Below, in pieces: positions 26,132 through 39,050 of a stretch of 64,000 nucleotides of DNA. Position 1 is the first letter of the stretch. Every line of letters starts with the position of its first letter. Location: the NCBI RefSeq assembly GCF_009914755.1, contig NC_060935.1. One strand, given 5' to 3'. Made by a program: the position numbers and the translations under genes. The DNA is from the human T2T-CHM13v2.0 reference genome, Homo sapiens. The notes under the pieces are model-generated. The model had not been told where the DNA came from and searched no databases. It worked only from the letters and a program-made list of their open reading frames with translations.

Positions 26132-29100
26132 TCTTGTGCTGGTTTTCAAAGGGAATCCTTCCAGTTTTTGCCCCTTCAGTATGATATTGGCTGTGGGTTT
26201 GTCATAAATAGATCTTATTATTTTGGGATACATTCCATTAATACCTAGTTTATTGAGAGTTTTTAGCATGAAGGGCTGTTGAATTTTGTCAAAGGTCTTT
26301 TCTGCATCTATTGAGATAATCATGTGGTTTTTGTCATTGGTTCTGTTTATGTGACGGATTACGTTTATTGATTTGCATATGTTGAACCAGCCTTGAATCC
26401 CAGGGATGAAGCCAACTTGATTGTGGTGGATAAACTTTTTGATGTGCTGCTGGATTCGGTTTGCCAGTATTTTATTGAGGATTTTTGCATCAATGTTCAT
26501 CAGGGATATTGGTCTAAAATTCTCATTTTTCATTGTGTCTCTGCCAGGCTTTGGTATCAGGATGATGCTGGCCTCATATAATGAGTTATGGAGGATTCCC
26601 TCCTTTTCTATTGATTGGAATAGTTTCAGAAGGAATGGTACCAGCTCCTCTTTGTACCTCTGGTAGAATTCGGCTCTGAATCCATCTGGTCCTGGACTTA
26701 TTTTGGTTTGTAGGCTATTAATTATTGCCTCAATTTCAGAACCTGCTATTGGTCTATTCAGAGATTCATCTTCTTCCTGATTTAGTCTTGGGAGGATGTA
26801 CGTGTACAGGAATTTATCCATTTCTTCCAGGTTTTCTAGTTTATTTGTGTAGAGGTGTTTGTAGTATTCTCTGATGGTAATTTGTATTTCTGTGGGATTG
26901 GTGGTGATATCCCCTTTATCATTTTTTATTGCATCTATTTGATTCTTCTCTTTTCTTTATTAGCCTTGTTAGCAGTCTATCAATTTTGTTGATCTTTTCG
27001 AAAAACCAGCTCCTGGATTCATTGATTTTTTGAAGGGTTTTTTTGTGTCTCTATCTCCTTCAGTTCTGCTCTGATCTTAGTTATTTCTTGCCTTCTGCTC
27101 TGCTAGCTTTTAAATTTGTTTGCTCTTGCTTCTCTAGTTTTTTTTAATTGTGATGTTAGGTTGACAATTTTAGATCTTTCCTGCTTTCTCTTGTGGGCAA
27201 TTAATGCTGTAAATTTCTCTCTACACACTGCCTTAAATGTGTCCCAGAGATTTTGGTACATTGTGTCTTTGTTCTCATTGGTTTCAAAGAACATCTTTAT
27301 TTCTGTCTTCATTTTGTTATGTACCCAGTAGTCATTCAGGAGCAGGTTGTTCAGGTTCCCTGTAGTTGTGCAGTTTTGAGTGAGTTTCTTAATCCTGAGT
27401 TGTAATTTGATTGCACTGTGGTCTGAGAGACAGTTTGTTGTGATTTCTGTTCTTTTACATTTGCTGAGGAGTGCTCTACTTCCAATTATGTGGTCAATTT
27501 TGGAATAAGTGTGATGTGGTGCTGAGAAGAACGTATATTCTGTTGTTTTGGGGTCGAGAGTTCTGTAGATGTCTATTAGGTCTGCTTGGTGCAGAGCTGA
27601 GTTCAATTCCTGGATATCCTTGTTAACCTTCTGTCGCGTTTATCTGTCTAATATTGAGAGTGGGGTGTTATAATCTCCCATTATTATTGTGTGGGAGTCT
27701 TAGTCTCTTTGTAGGTCTCTAAGGACTTGCTTTATGAATCTGGGTGCTCCTGTATTGGGTGCATATATATTTAGGATAGTTAGCTCTTCTTGTTGAATTG
27801 ATCCCTTTACCATTATGTAATGACCTTCTTTGTCTCTTTTGATCTTCATTGGTTTAAAGTCTGTTTTATAAGAGACTAGAATTGCAACCCCTGCTTTTTT
27901 TTCCTTTCCATTTTTTTGGTAGATCTTCCTCCATTCCTTTATTTTGAGCCTATGTGTGTCTTTGCATGTGAAATATGTCTCCTGAATACAGCACACTGAT
28001 GGGTCTTGACTCCTTATCCCATTTGCCAGTGTGTGTGTTTTAATTGGGGGCATTTAGCCCATTTACATTTAAAGTTAATATTGTTTTGTGTGAATTTGAT
28101 CCTGTCATTATGATGTTAGCTGGTTATTTTGCCCATTAATTAATGCAGTTTTTTCATAGCATCAATGGTCTTTACAATTTGGCATGTTTTTGCAGTGGCT
28201 GGTAGCAGTTGTTCCTTTCCATATTCAGTGCTTCCTTCAGGATCTCTTGTAAGGCAGGCCTTGTGGTGACAAAATCTTTCAGCATTTGTCTGTAAAGGAT
28301 TTTATTTCTCCTTCACTTATGAAGCTTAGTTTGGCTGGATATGAAATTCTGGATTCTGGCTTGTAGGATTTCTGCTGAAAGATCTGCTGTTAGTCAGACG
28401 GGCTTCCTTTTGTGGGTAACCCAACCTTTGTCTATGGCTGCCCTTAAAATTTTTTCCTTCATTTCAACCTTGTTGAAACTGACAATTATATGTCTTGGGG
28501 TTGCTCTTCTCGAAGACTATCTTTGTGGTGTTCTCTGTATTTCCTGAATTTGAATGTTGGCCTGCCTTGCTAGGTTGGGGAAGTTCTCCTGGATAATATT
28601 CTCAAGAGTGTTTTCCAACTTGGCTCCATTCTCCCCCTCACTTTCACGTATGCCAATCAAATGTAGATTTGGTCTTTTCACATAGTCCCATATTTCTTGG
28701 AGGCTTTGTTCATTTCTTTTTACTCTTTTTTTCTCTAACCTTGTCTTCTTGCTTTATTTCATTAATTTGATCTTCAATCACTGATACCCTTTCTTCCACT
28801 TGATCGAATTGGCTATTGAAGCTTATGCATGCATCACAAAGTTCTCATGCCATGGTTTTCAGCTCCATCAGGTCATTTAAGGTCTTCTCTACACTGTTTA
28901 TTCTAGTTAACCATTAGTCTAACCGTTTTTCAAGGTTTTTAGCTTCCTTGCAGTAGGTTTGAATGTGCTCTTTTAGCTCGGAGAGTTTGTTATTACCGAC
29001 CTTCTGAAACCCACTTCTGTCAACTCATCAAAGTCATTCTCCAGCCAGCTTTGTTCTGTTGTGTGCGAGAAGCTGCGATCCTTTGGAGGAGAACAGGTGC

Positions 29101-29728
29101 TCTGGTTTTTAGAATTTTCAGCTTTTCTCCTCTGGTTTCTCCCCATCTTTGTGATTTTTCTACCTTGGGTCTTTGATGTTCGTGACCTACAGGTGGGGTT
29201 TGGTGTAGATGTCCTTTTTTTTGATGTCTGTGCTATTCCTTTCTCTTTGTTAGTTTGCCTTCTAACAGTCAGGTACCTCAGCTGCAGGTCTGTTGGAGTT
29301 TGCTGGAGACCCTGTTTGCCTGGGTATCACAGTGGAGGCTGCAGTAGAGCAAATATTGCAGAACAGCAAGTATTGCTGCCTGATCCTTCCTCTGGAAGCT
29401 TCATCCCAGAGGGGCACCCACCTATATGAGGTGTCTGTTGGCCCCTACTGGGAGGTGTCTCTCAGGCTACACGGGGGTCAGGGACCCACTTGAGGAGGCA
29501 GTCTGTCTGTTCTCAGAGCTCAGATGCTGTGCTGGGAGAACCACTGCTCTCTTCAGAGCTGTCAGACAGGGACATTTAAGTCTGCAGAAGTTGTCTGCTG
29601 CCTTTTGTTCAGCTATGCCCTGCCCACAGATGTGGAGGCTATAGAAACAGTAGGCCTTGCTGAGCTGCAGGGGGGTCCACCCACTTCGAGCTTTGCAGCC
29701 TCTTTGTTTACCTACTCAAGCCTCAGCA

Positions 29729-30061
29729 ATGGCAGATGCCCCTCCCCCAGTCAGGCTGCCACCTCGCAGTTGTATCTCAGACTGCTGCACTAGCAGTGAG
29801 CAAGGCTCAGTGGGCATGGGACCCACTGAGCCAGGCACAGGAGAGAATCCCCTTGTCTGCCAATTGGTAAGACCTTGGAAAAAGTGCTGTATTTGGGCAG
29901 GAATGTCCTGTTTTTCCAGTTACAGTCTGTCATGGCTTCCCTTGGCTAGGAAAGGGAAATCCCCACACCCCTTGTGCTTCCTGGGTGAGGTGATGCCCCA
30001 CCCTGCTTCAACTCACCCTCCATGGGTGGCACCCACTGTCCAACCAGTCCCAATGAGATGA
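29729..30061 (+). other. L1 ORF0 homologue (110 aa, open) in the antisense 5'UTR
   Basis: MADAPPPVRLPPRSCISDCCTSSEQGSVGMGPTEPG aligns with L1HS ORF0 MAGAPPPASLPPCSLISDCCASNQRDSVGVGPSEPG; gcaATGg context. Confidence 0.65.
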
Positions 30062-30503
30062 ACCAGGTACCTCATTTGGAAATGCAGAAATCACCTGTCT
30101 TCTGCATCGATCACACTGGGAGCTGCAGACTGGAGATGTTCCTATTCAGCCACCTTGGAACCAAGTCTTCTATCTCATGAATTTTAATATTTTCTGTGTT
30201 TTTCAGTTTTCCTTAAGAAACATACATTTTTAATATAAAGATAAGTATTATAATGATAATTTATGCTAGAAGGGAGAACAGACAGGAATGTCTTTAGCTC
30301 CTTCCTGCTGACATAGAAGTTAATAAGATGTCTAGTGGTGTCTTCAAACAGGGGTAGGATCATTTTGTTTCAGTTTCTGTGGTGAACTGGGATAGCATAC
30401 ACTGTATATGCCCCCTGGGGAAGGGAGATTTCACTCTAGATAGGAAGGTGAATGACCCATTAGATGACTGTACTGCATAAGGTGATGGTCAGTGAATTGG
30501 GGT

Positions 30504-30878
30504 TTCTTTTCTTTTCCTTTCTTCTTTCTTTCTTTCTCTCTTTTCTCTTTCTTTTTCTCTTTCTTTCTCTCTTTTTCTCTTTCTCTTTCTTTTCTTTTCT
30601 TTTCTCAGTCTCTGTTGCCAAGGCAGGAGTGTAGTGGCACGATCTCTGCTCACTGCAAACTCTGCCTACTAGGCTCAAGCATTCCTCCCACCTCAGTCTC
30701 CTGAGTAGCTGGGATTATAGGCATGCACCACCATGGCCAGCTAATTTTTGTGTTTTTAGTAGAGATGAAGTTTCACCATGTTGGCCAGGCTGGTCTTGAA
30801 CTCCTGGCCTCAAGTGATCCACCTGCCTCGGCCTCCAAAAGTGCTAGGATTACAGGTGTGACCTACCATGCCCAGCCT
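30504..30878 (-). mobile_element. Alu (Jb/Sz-like) with ~100-bp (GAAA/GA)-rich tail
   Basis: Reverse-strand Alu dimer; TC-rich tract 30504-30605. Confidence 0.9.
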
Positions 30879-31799
30879 CTTTTGCATTTTTCAAATGCAA
30901 AGGACATCCTTCTCCAATCTCCTGACAGCATTCTCAAACAACTGGGACAGACAGAAGAGAAAGCCCCGTCCACCACTTTGAAGATGGTTTTATACATTTG
31001 TACTCTAAGTGCAAGCACATTTGAGAAAATTGCTGTTCAAACTCCAAAGTTTTGAGACTTAATAAATATGAGAGAAGCTGTTTTACTCTTTAAAATTAAA
31101 AATTCAAGGAAAGCAGAAGTCTCATAGTTGTAGCAGCTAAGAAGTAGTGAGGGGGCATAAAAGTTTACATGGGGGTTATTTTATTTGAAACATAAATTCT
31201 ATATGTTATCTATATCATATTATTATTTTTTAAAGATAAGAAAATTTTGATCTGTAGTTCAAATAAAGTTGTCAATAGTTTATGTTTTTGGGCTATGCAA
31301 TAAAGACACCTACCATTACTGATGGCAGCATGCTCACCTATCAGTGTTAACTTTTTGTGGTGGTCAAAAAGGTCTGCAAGTTGAGTAAGCAAATCTAAAC
31401 ATATAAATAATGCTAGTGAATTCTGATGTTAGTTATCAATAAAGTGTAAGACTGATGAATATAGTATATGTTTTTCCAATTTCCAACTCTTCATCTAGTG
31501 GTGCTATGTGTCCTAACCTCCTTCCCCCTCCCTTCTTCCTTTTCTTTTTTATTTCTCCTCCTCCTTTTCCTCCCCTCTTTCTTCACCCAAACTGTGATTT
31601 GCATGGAAAGTGAAAATCATAACACCTCAGTCTTGGGGCAGAGGAATGAGAATCCTTTCCTGGCATCTTTTGAGTAGAAGTTTGTCAGAAAGCTTTCTTG
31701 CTTTTCTGGTCGTTAGCTGAGGGATATAAGCCTAGAATTGCTTATGGCTGTATTCACAGGATTATAGAAAAAGCATCATATATTATAGGGAAGAACAGC

Positions 31800-31837
31800 C
31801 CTCCCAAAGTGCTGGGATTACAGGTGCGAGCCACCAT
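31800..31837 (-). mobile_element. Isolated 38-bp Alu left-arm fragment
   Basis: cctcccaaagtgctgggattacaggtgcgagccaccat. Confidence 0.85.
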
Positions 31838-31870
31838 AACACAGAGGAAAGCATAGATGACAGATGACAC

Positions 31871-31923
31871 TCTCTCTCTCTCAATCTCTCTCTCTCAATC
31901 TCTCTCTCTCTCACATACACACA

Positions 31924-31956
<33 letters not shown>
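31871..31956. repeat. Compound (TC)n(CA)n microsatellite
   Basis: Directly visible. Confidence 0.95.
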
Positions 31957-31959
<3 letters not shown>

Positions 31960-33691
31960 GGTAAGGGGTGGGGGCTGAATTCAATTAAACCATTCCTGAG
32001 ACCTCCCCTGCCACCCTTTTTCTTTCTGTAGTTTTAGTGGATTTCTATCACTTGCAGTCAGAGTTCCATTTTGATGAACATGTTAGGTTAGCAATCAGAA
32101 TCAGATACAGTGGTAAGTATATGGAGTTATCCTGAATTACATTTCATTGATTTCCAAAGTAAACATGAGTATGTAAGGAGTGAAGCAGTAGGCACTCTGC
32201 AAACAAAATGCCAAACTTCAGTTTCTTTGAAATCATTTAGCTTTGGGGAAGAGCTGGAGATGATTAGGACAGGGAGTTTGACTTATAAATAAGAAATGAG
32301 AAGGGAGTAGTGGTACCCTTTTACAGCACAGAAGCTATGTCTTGAAAAGGAATAAAAAGAATTAATTTAGAATCCTAGGCATCCCACTTTTCATCTGCTG
32401 TCAGAAACGGAAATGTGATTGAATACATTATAAAGTGATAATACAGAATTTGCCCTTTTCATATTGTAAGCAAGATGAGTTTATGGGTGGATTTCTTGTC
32501 TATCACTTTAGGTAAAGAAAAACATCTTTTTTCTGTATCTCATATCAGGAGAGTCCATCGACACTGTGGGATACCACTCTCCTTTGCTCCACAAACATCA
32601 GTTGATTTTTTTCATCTTTCTTAATAGTGTAAGAATTTTACTATACAAATAAACTCTCATATCTTGGCATCACTTAGGTAGACTTCTATATTTTAAAACT
32701 ACATTGAATGTATTGGAGATTAATATGTCTCATTTCAAAATCTAAGTGCCATCGTATTTTTGCTTTTATTATTAAGTGACACATGGGAATTATCCACATT
32801 TATTGGGTACATTGTGATATTTCAATACATGTGAGTGCTGTCAGTTTGAAAGGTCAGTAATTTGCGAGCAATCAAGACAAGTGATGGTCCTGTGTGTACT
32901 CAGTGGAATTCTGAATTTTTGGAATGATCAACATCTCAGTTTCTAGTTTGAGAGCTTGGTCTAATTTTCCCCTGACTAATGTACAAGTGGTATTTTAACC
33001 ATTAACTCATCTCCTGGAGGTGTATCAGCTATACCTCCTATGCGTAACTGGTATAGAATGTGGCAGCAATATTTATTACCTAATGAGTTTTCCAGATTTT
33101 ACATAGAAGGAAGCAGAGATAAGGTATTTATTTTAGAGCAAAGACACCTATAATCTTACTCTAATTCCTTAATTTGTACACTGCCCCTCTTTTTGTTGGA
33201 AAGTAGATCGATAAAAATTTTAAATAATTTTGGGTCATAATGTTGGCATATATATTTTAAAGTCCCCCTCCCCACCCCCATATGGGTATGACCTAAATGA
33301 CTGCATGGAGAAAAAGCCTTTGCATAATCTGTGTCGATCAGAGGTTGGCAAATTTTCAAAGCTGTGGATACCTCTTCTTCCACCAGTGTCTGTTAATACC
33401 TGCTGTTGGCAGAGAGAGTTGCCCTAAAAATGATGGTAGTGGGTGAGGAGTACTTTCTCCTACTGCACTCCTGAGATGAAGAGAAGAGCAGTTGAGTATG
33501 ACCTCGAATAAAGCAAAATTGCGTTTAGAATGAATACTCACTCGCTCCTCCTGGGAGCGGACAGTGAGAGGCACCAGGAGCCGTACAGAGTGATTGCACC
33601 TGTGCTTCTCTTCAGACAAAGCAGTTGTGCATTGTGGGCTCTCTCATGTCACCTTTGGCTGACCTTGGCAGAGACTAGTGATTTCCTCCTG

Positions 33692-34462
33692 TATTTTTAA
33701 ACAGTTTTATTAAGATGTATTTGATGTATGACAAACTATGTGTAAAGTGTAAAATTTGGTAAATTTTGATATAAGCACCTACCCTGGAAATTATCACCAC
33801 AATCAGGATAATGAGCAAAAGTATAAGCCCTAGAAATGTTCTCACACAGCCCTCTCATTAGCTGTTCCCTGTTTCCCCTATCTCCATCCCTAAGCAACCA
33901 CTGATCTACTTCCTGTTCTTATAAGATTAATTTTCATTTAATAGAATTTTATACAAATAGAATCATCCAGTATGTAGTCTGTTTTTGTCTGTCTTCTTTT
34001 ACTTAAGGATGATTATGTTGACATCTATCCATATGTCAGCATGTATCCATAGTTCAGTCTTTTTCATTACTGATTAGTATTCCATTGTATGTATATGCCA
34101 TAGTTTGTGTATCCATTCACCTATTGATGGATATTTAGGTTGTTTCCAGTTTTTGTTTATTACAGATAAAGCTGCTGTGAATAGTTGTGTACCAGCCTTT
34201 GTATGGACGTACATTTTCATTTCTCTTGAATAAATACATAGGAGTGAAGTGTTGGGTCATATGGTAGGTGCATGTCTAACTTTTTCAGAGGCTGCCAACA
34301 TATTTTCCACAATTGTTGTACCATTTTACATTCTCACCAATAGCATATGAGGGTTCCAGTTCCTGCACCTCTTGCCAGCTCTTAAAATGATCAATTTTAT
34401 AATTTAAGCTTTCTAATAGGTGTTTAGTGGTATCTCATTGTAGTTTTAATTTGCATTTCCCA
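33692..34462 (-). mobile_element. L1MB/MC-type 3' end
   Basis: gtattccattgtatgtatatgcca..gttgtttccagttttt..gtggtatctcattgtagttttaatttgcatttccc. Confidence 0.85.
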
Positions 34463-35759
34463 AACGCTCCGATTAAATAACTCTTTCACACTGCATTCAA
34501 GCTGAAGGTAGCCTTTGAAAGAGGCATTAAATGCCACTCTAGGGAAGGTTCCTACCTGTGGAAACTAGAGGGGTAGAGAAAAATGGTCACAGAAAGAAAG
34601 TAGGTTAAGTAGCAGATGGCCCTTGGTTATCCTAAGTGACCCTGCGCAAGTTAATTCCTAGCTTATTTCTTCTTCGTGTAAGCTGTGCTACAACCTTCAA
34701 TGGATTTATGTAGTGCTTTCTGTCTCTCTCCTTGTGCCTATCTCTCTCTCTCTCCCTCTCTTTCTTTCTCTCTTTTTGTTATAATACCAGCTTATAAAGC
34801 ATATGCAATTGTGGTAGCCTCATTACTTCCCACTTCACAGAATCACAACCAGCTGATAGCTGCATGAATGAGAATTAGAATGCTAATAAAGTTGCCATTG
34901 ACTCCTCTTTGGAGAAGCAATCCTCTCCTACCCTAACACTGAGGTTCTCAAAGCTGAATTCAGAGATACATAAAGGGATGTCACTAATATGAAGTTTGGG
35001 TTCAGACTCTGCTCCAATAATGCCATTTTCTGGAATATTCTCCCTGTATCAGTGCAGTATTTAGTAAGGTATTTGGGAAACACCCTGCCAGGCTGGGGTG
35101 CTGCAGCCCAGTGATGAATCCCTTGCTGTTTGTCATCTGCCCATTGTCAATTCCACATCCTAGGAAGATGAAACACATATTCTTTTTGCCAGGTTCTTGG
35201 TAATCTAGTCTAAGCAGAAGACTTTGAAAAGCTCAATAACAGTAAACCCTTATTCATGTCATCTCAGTTAATTAGGAATCAGCCATCAGGCTGACAAAGA
35301 CCTAGGCTGAAATTTACTTCTGCTTTAAAAAGGCTTTCTTCATACACAGTGAAAATTAATTGGGTAAACAGAATGTCAGGTGAATGAAGGGGGGAAAAAA
35401 GCTGAAAAAAAAAAGGCATTTAATTACTCTCATGATAAAAGCAGCCTTTTACAAACAAATAAGAGCAATCTCAGAGCGTTGGAGAGTGGTAAGGACTGCC
35501 TGTTTAGAGCCCTGAGTGCCCGCTTTGGCTTTTTTCTGACAAATGTGTCGTTGAAGCACACCGATTTTCCTTCCTGGGCCTCAGTTGATTCTTCTGTAAA
35601 AGCAGAAGTTGTTCTCCATAGGCTTTTATAACTTAATACAATGATAGCAATTGATGTGTTTAATTGAAATAAACCCTGGGCCTTCATTGTCAGGTAACTC
35701 ATCCAAATATTGTAGTAGAAAGCCCTGTTCCCTTCTAGGATATCTCGATATAATCATTG

Positions 35760-36305
35760 CAACCTCAGAATGTCAGTCTGTTGGTCTCTCCCAGTTCCAG
35801 TCTGCTCTACTCACTTTGCCAGTGGTCTTTCCAAAAGTCCATTCTAACCCTGTCTCTTCCTCTTGGTAGCCCTCAGCCCGTAGGATGAAGTTCAAACATT
35901 TTAGCAAAACAAATAAGAGCTTTCACAGTATCTCCCTACTTGGCCTTGCTCATCCTCCACATAGACTGTGGGTGCCAGCCATGATGGGATATGCGGTTCC
36001 CAGGATGATTACTGCCCCATCAGACTCAGTGTGTTTGCATATGCTGTGCCTGTTTACTTGGGAACAGCTACCAATCCTGTAAATCTGAGCTCAAGACACT
36101 GATCTTCTGTAAAGCCTCCCTTGAACTCCTGAGAATTGCTGATTCCCTCATCAGTGCTTCTGCCCATTGCAGTCACGAGGTGGCATGTTTGCCTCCTCCA
36201 ATAGATTGTGGATTCCCTAAGCACAGGGATTTTTGTCATGTTCATCTTTGTATTTTTGAAATCTGGTATGGGGATACAAAAGTGTTTATTGCATGGGTGA
36301 ACGAA
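35760..36305 (+). mobile_element. L2 3' region
   Basis: tagattgtggattccctaagcacagggatttttgtcatgttcatctttgta resembles the L2 terminus. Confidence 0.6.
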
Positions 36306-37413
36306 AACAGCATTTGAAAGTAACACAAAGGCAATTCTACAACTATTTCAAAATTGTGAAATTTCCTCATTTGAGATTGGCTTTCCACTGATAATTTGAA
36401 TTACTGAAGGGTACAGACATTTTAGACTTTCTAAGAACTATTTTTTTTTGAATTTGCAAAATCTGGTTTAATGAAGATCTGTGAAGGAGAGCACATTGTG
36501 AAAATACATATGCACAGGAACCGAATCAATGCTAGACAAACAATGTATTAGTTTACAATATAATAGGATAACTACAAGTTCGAAGGCTCAAATTGAGTCC
36601 ATCAGCTCTAAATACAATTTTATATTTGGCTCAAGTGGCTGTTGAATATCAAGTGGTGCTGAGTTCCTCCAAAGCACCTAATGACCCCCAAGCCTTGGAA
36701 GGAGTTTCACCACAGTCTCGGAAAAAGTCCCAGTCATGCCTTTAACTCTTTTGGCCCTTGGGAGTCATTGCAATCCCAATACAAACGCCAACCAGGGATT
36801 TCCAGTGGCCACAAATTATTGCAGAGAGATGTCTGTTCTAAGCCAGACTCTTACAGCTATGGAGGTGTGAGATTAGCCCTTAAAGAGTGGTGTGGCATTA
36901 GCATGGTCTATAAAAGCATGTTAAGAAATAGCTCCTCAGTGATCATGTACCAGCTACTAGTTACTATTAATCAGGAAGAATCTGCCTTGAAAATTGCATT
37001 TAGGATAAAGAGTTTAGTTAGTGAACCTCTGAGACTGGATGTAAAGAAAAATCCTTTAGAAAATGCCATCGGCAATTTTTAAAAATTTTGTTTTTGTTGG
37101 ACCATGGTAATAGAGGCTGGTTTGTTTCATGTTTTATTAAGCAGAACTACAGCCATGTTCATGTGTCCTCGTTATGAATTATAATTGAGGCTTCTAGAAG
37201 TGCATGGGCTTCTTCAGAGTCTATAAGTTTTTGGCCTCTGATGATGTTTAGGTAGAGGCTAGAGGCCATCTGATACCATGGCTGAAAAGGGAATTTATGC
37301 ATTGGGTGGGGGGTCCTTTCAAGTTAAAGATGTATTTTGATCAGATGAACTTCCAGATTTATAGATGAGAAGAGTGAGGCTAAGAAGGGTACTTCATATT
37401 TATTGAATGAATT

Positions 37414-37623
37414 CAGGATTTCTCAGTCTAGACACTACTGATGTTTTGGACTGGGTAATCTTTTGTTGTCATGAGTCAGCCTGTGTATTGTAGGATGGTT
37501 AGCATGATCCCTGGCCTCTACCTAGTAGATGCCAGTAGCACCCCCATCTTCCGTTGTGACAAAGGTCTCCAGATATCAACAAATATCCCCTGGGAGGCAA
37601 AATTGCCCTAGTGAGAACTACTG
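37414..37623 (-). mobile_element. MER20 (hAT-Charlie) DNA transposon
   Basis: TIRs caggatttctca / tgagaactactg; internal ccctggcctctacctagtagatgccagtagcacccc; degenerate 8-bp TSD. Confidence 0.85.
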
Positions 37624-37919
37624 AATTAAATGAAAGAATTAATAAACATGTAAGGAAAGCTGAAAGACTTGATTAATTCCATGCTTGAGTTTTTATTTTT
37701 GATTTTTGGTGTTAAAATTAATTAGATTGAATAAACATACATTGCACATCTGCATACGAAGCAACAAATGAAACAGTGTGCTACATACTGTGGAATTATG
37801 AAAACTTGAGAAGAAATCCACTGTCTCTTTAAAACTCACACAGACATCTTGGGAGAGAAAAGCAGTGTGGATAAAGTTGATGTCGCAGAGCGGTAAAGAG
37901 TATAACACTAAGGAATGGA

Positions 37920-38160
37920 ATGTAGTTAAGATCACAGAGTCTGGAACCAGAATGCCTGGGTTTCAAATACAATCCTCCATACACTCTAGTTGTTTAACAG
38001 GGGGCTAAGTTACTTAATAGCCCCATGCCTAAGTCTTCTTATCTGTAGGATGGAAATGATAATCATGACCACATCACTGTTGTAGTGAGGATTACATGAG
38101 TTAATAGGTGGAACGTGTTTGGGAATGATGCCTGCCACATAAGATGTGCTATTATTAATA
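37920..38160 (+). mobile_element. MIR
   Basis: tctggaaccagaatgcctgggtttcaaat..ttgtagtgaggattacatgag. Confidence 0.75.
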
Positions 38161-38334
38161 AATTTTTTGGTGAGTTAAAGATACTGTTCAATGAGAAATG
38201 TACCATTTTTTGTAACCCAGTAAGAAAAAATATTAACAATTGCAATTAAAAAAGACATCAATTATGACTCATCTTGATTTCAGAGATGTAAAAATATGAA
38301 CAAAGTGCATCTTAGATTTGATGTAATGCAAGTG

Positions 38335-38555
38335 TTTAGTAGTATCATGGCTTTGTATTAAGACACTGTATTTGAATTCTTTTGGTGCCACTTTCTGAGT
38401 CACTTTGAATAAATTCTTGAACTTATTTGAGCTTGTTTTCTTATCTGTAAAATGGAAATAATAATAGCGATCTCATAGGGTTGTAGCAGATATGCAAGGA
38501 GATCATATGTATAAACTGTCTTAGCAAAAACTAAGTACTCAATCCTTGGTAGCTA
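38335..38555 (+). mobile_element. MIR
   Basis: gttttcttatctgtaaaatggaaataataatag core. Confidence 0.7.
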
Positions 38556-38869
38556 TCACTATGGATGTGGAGGTGTGGGAAACTGGAAACCTAGTGCTTG
38601 GCATGTGAAGTGTTTAATAGGAGGTGCTCGTAGATAAGAGAATCGTGTCTTCAAGAAAAGCGTGAGTGTCCTCTGTCAGTTCTAGACAATAGGAAAGACT
38701 TCTCTTCCTTCACCCCATTATTTGGTGAGTTCTTACTTAATTTATGTGTTACTCTCAGTACATGGTGGTGTAGCTATAAGACATGTGTCAACCAGGTTGG
38801 CCAAGCTGAAGACTTACCTGTTACATGGGAGAAAGACATATGTGATGGCAGAGAAAGTGAGGAAAACCA

Positions 38870-39050
38870 ACATTTATTCAGTGCCTTGACATGTCAGAAA
38901 TGATACTATGTGCATTGTTTGTTCCTCACAATAATGCTGTGAGGTGAGTCTTATTTTTGCCATTGGCAGATGAGGTAACTGAGTTTCATAGAGGTCACAC
39001 ATGTAGCAAGAGGCAGCGCTGGATTTTCTATTCAAGTTTTTCTGACTTTT
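38870..39050 (-). mobile_element. MIR
   Basis: cagatgaggtaactgagtttcatagaggtcacac. Confidence 0.65.

Larger units (their letters stand above)
23812..30170 (-). mobile_element. Full-length L1PA6-like element (24004-30170) with 3' transduction (23817-23983); ORF1 and ORF2 disrupted
   Basis: ORF2 EN, RT and C-terminal peptides lie in several frames; 15-bp TSD tatctcatgaatttt at 23797-23811 and 30171-30185; TTTT/AA endonuclease site. Confidence 0.95.
31600..32070 (+). mobile_element. Old MLT1 (J/K/L-like) LTR remnant
   Basis: aacacagaggaaagca and ggatttctatcacttgcagtcagag resemble MLT1 landmarks. Confidence 0.5.

Noticed and set aside
23812-30170. Retrotransposition-competent L1
   Set aside because: ORF1 and ORF2 contain multiple stops, frameshifts and a deletion near 28350.
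36681-37082. 133-aa ORF in unique sequence
   Set aside because: No recognisable homology, domain or splice support; length is compatible with chance.
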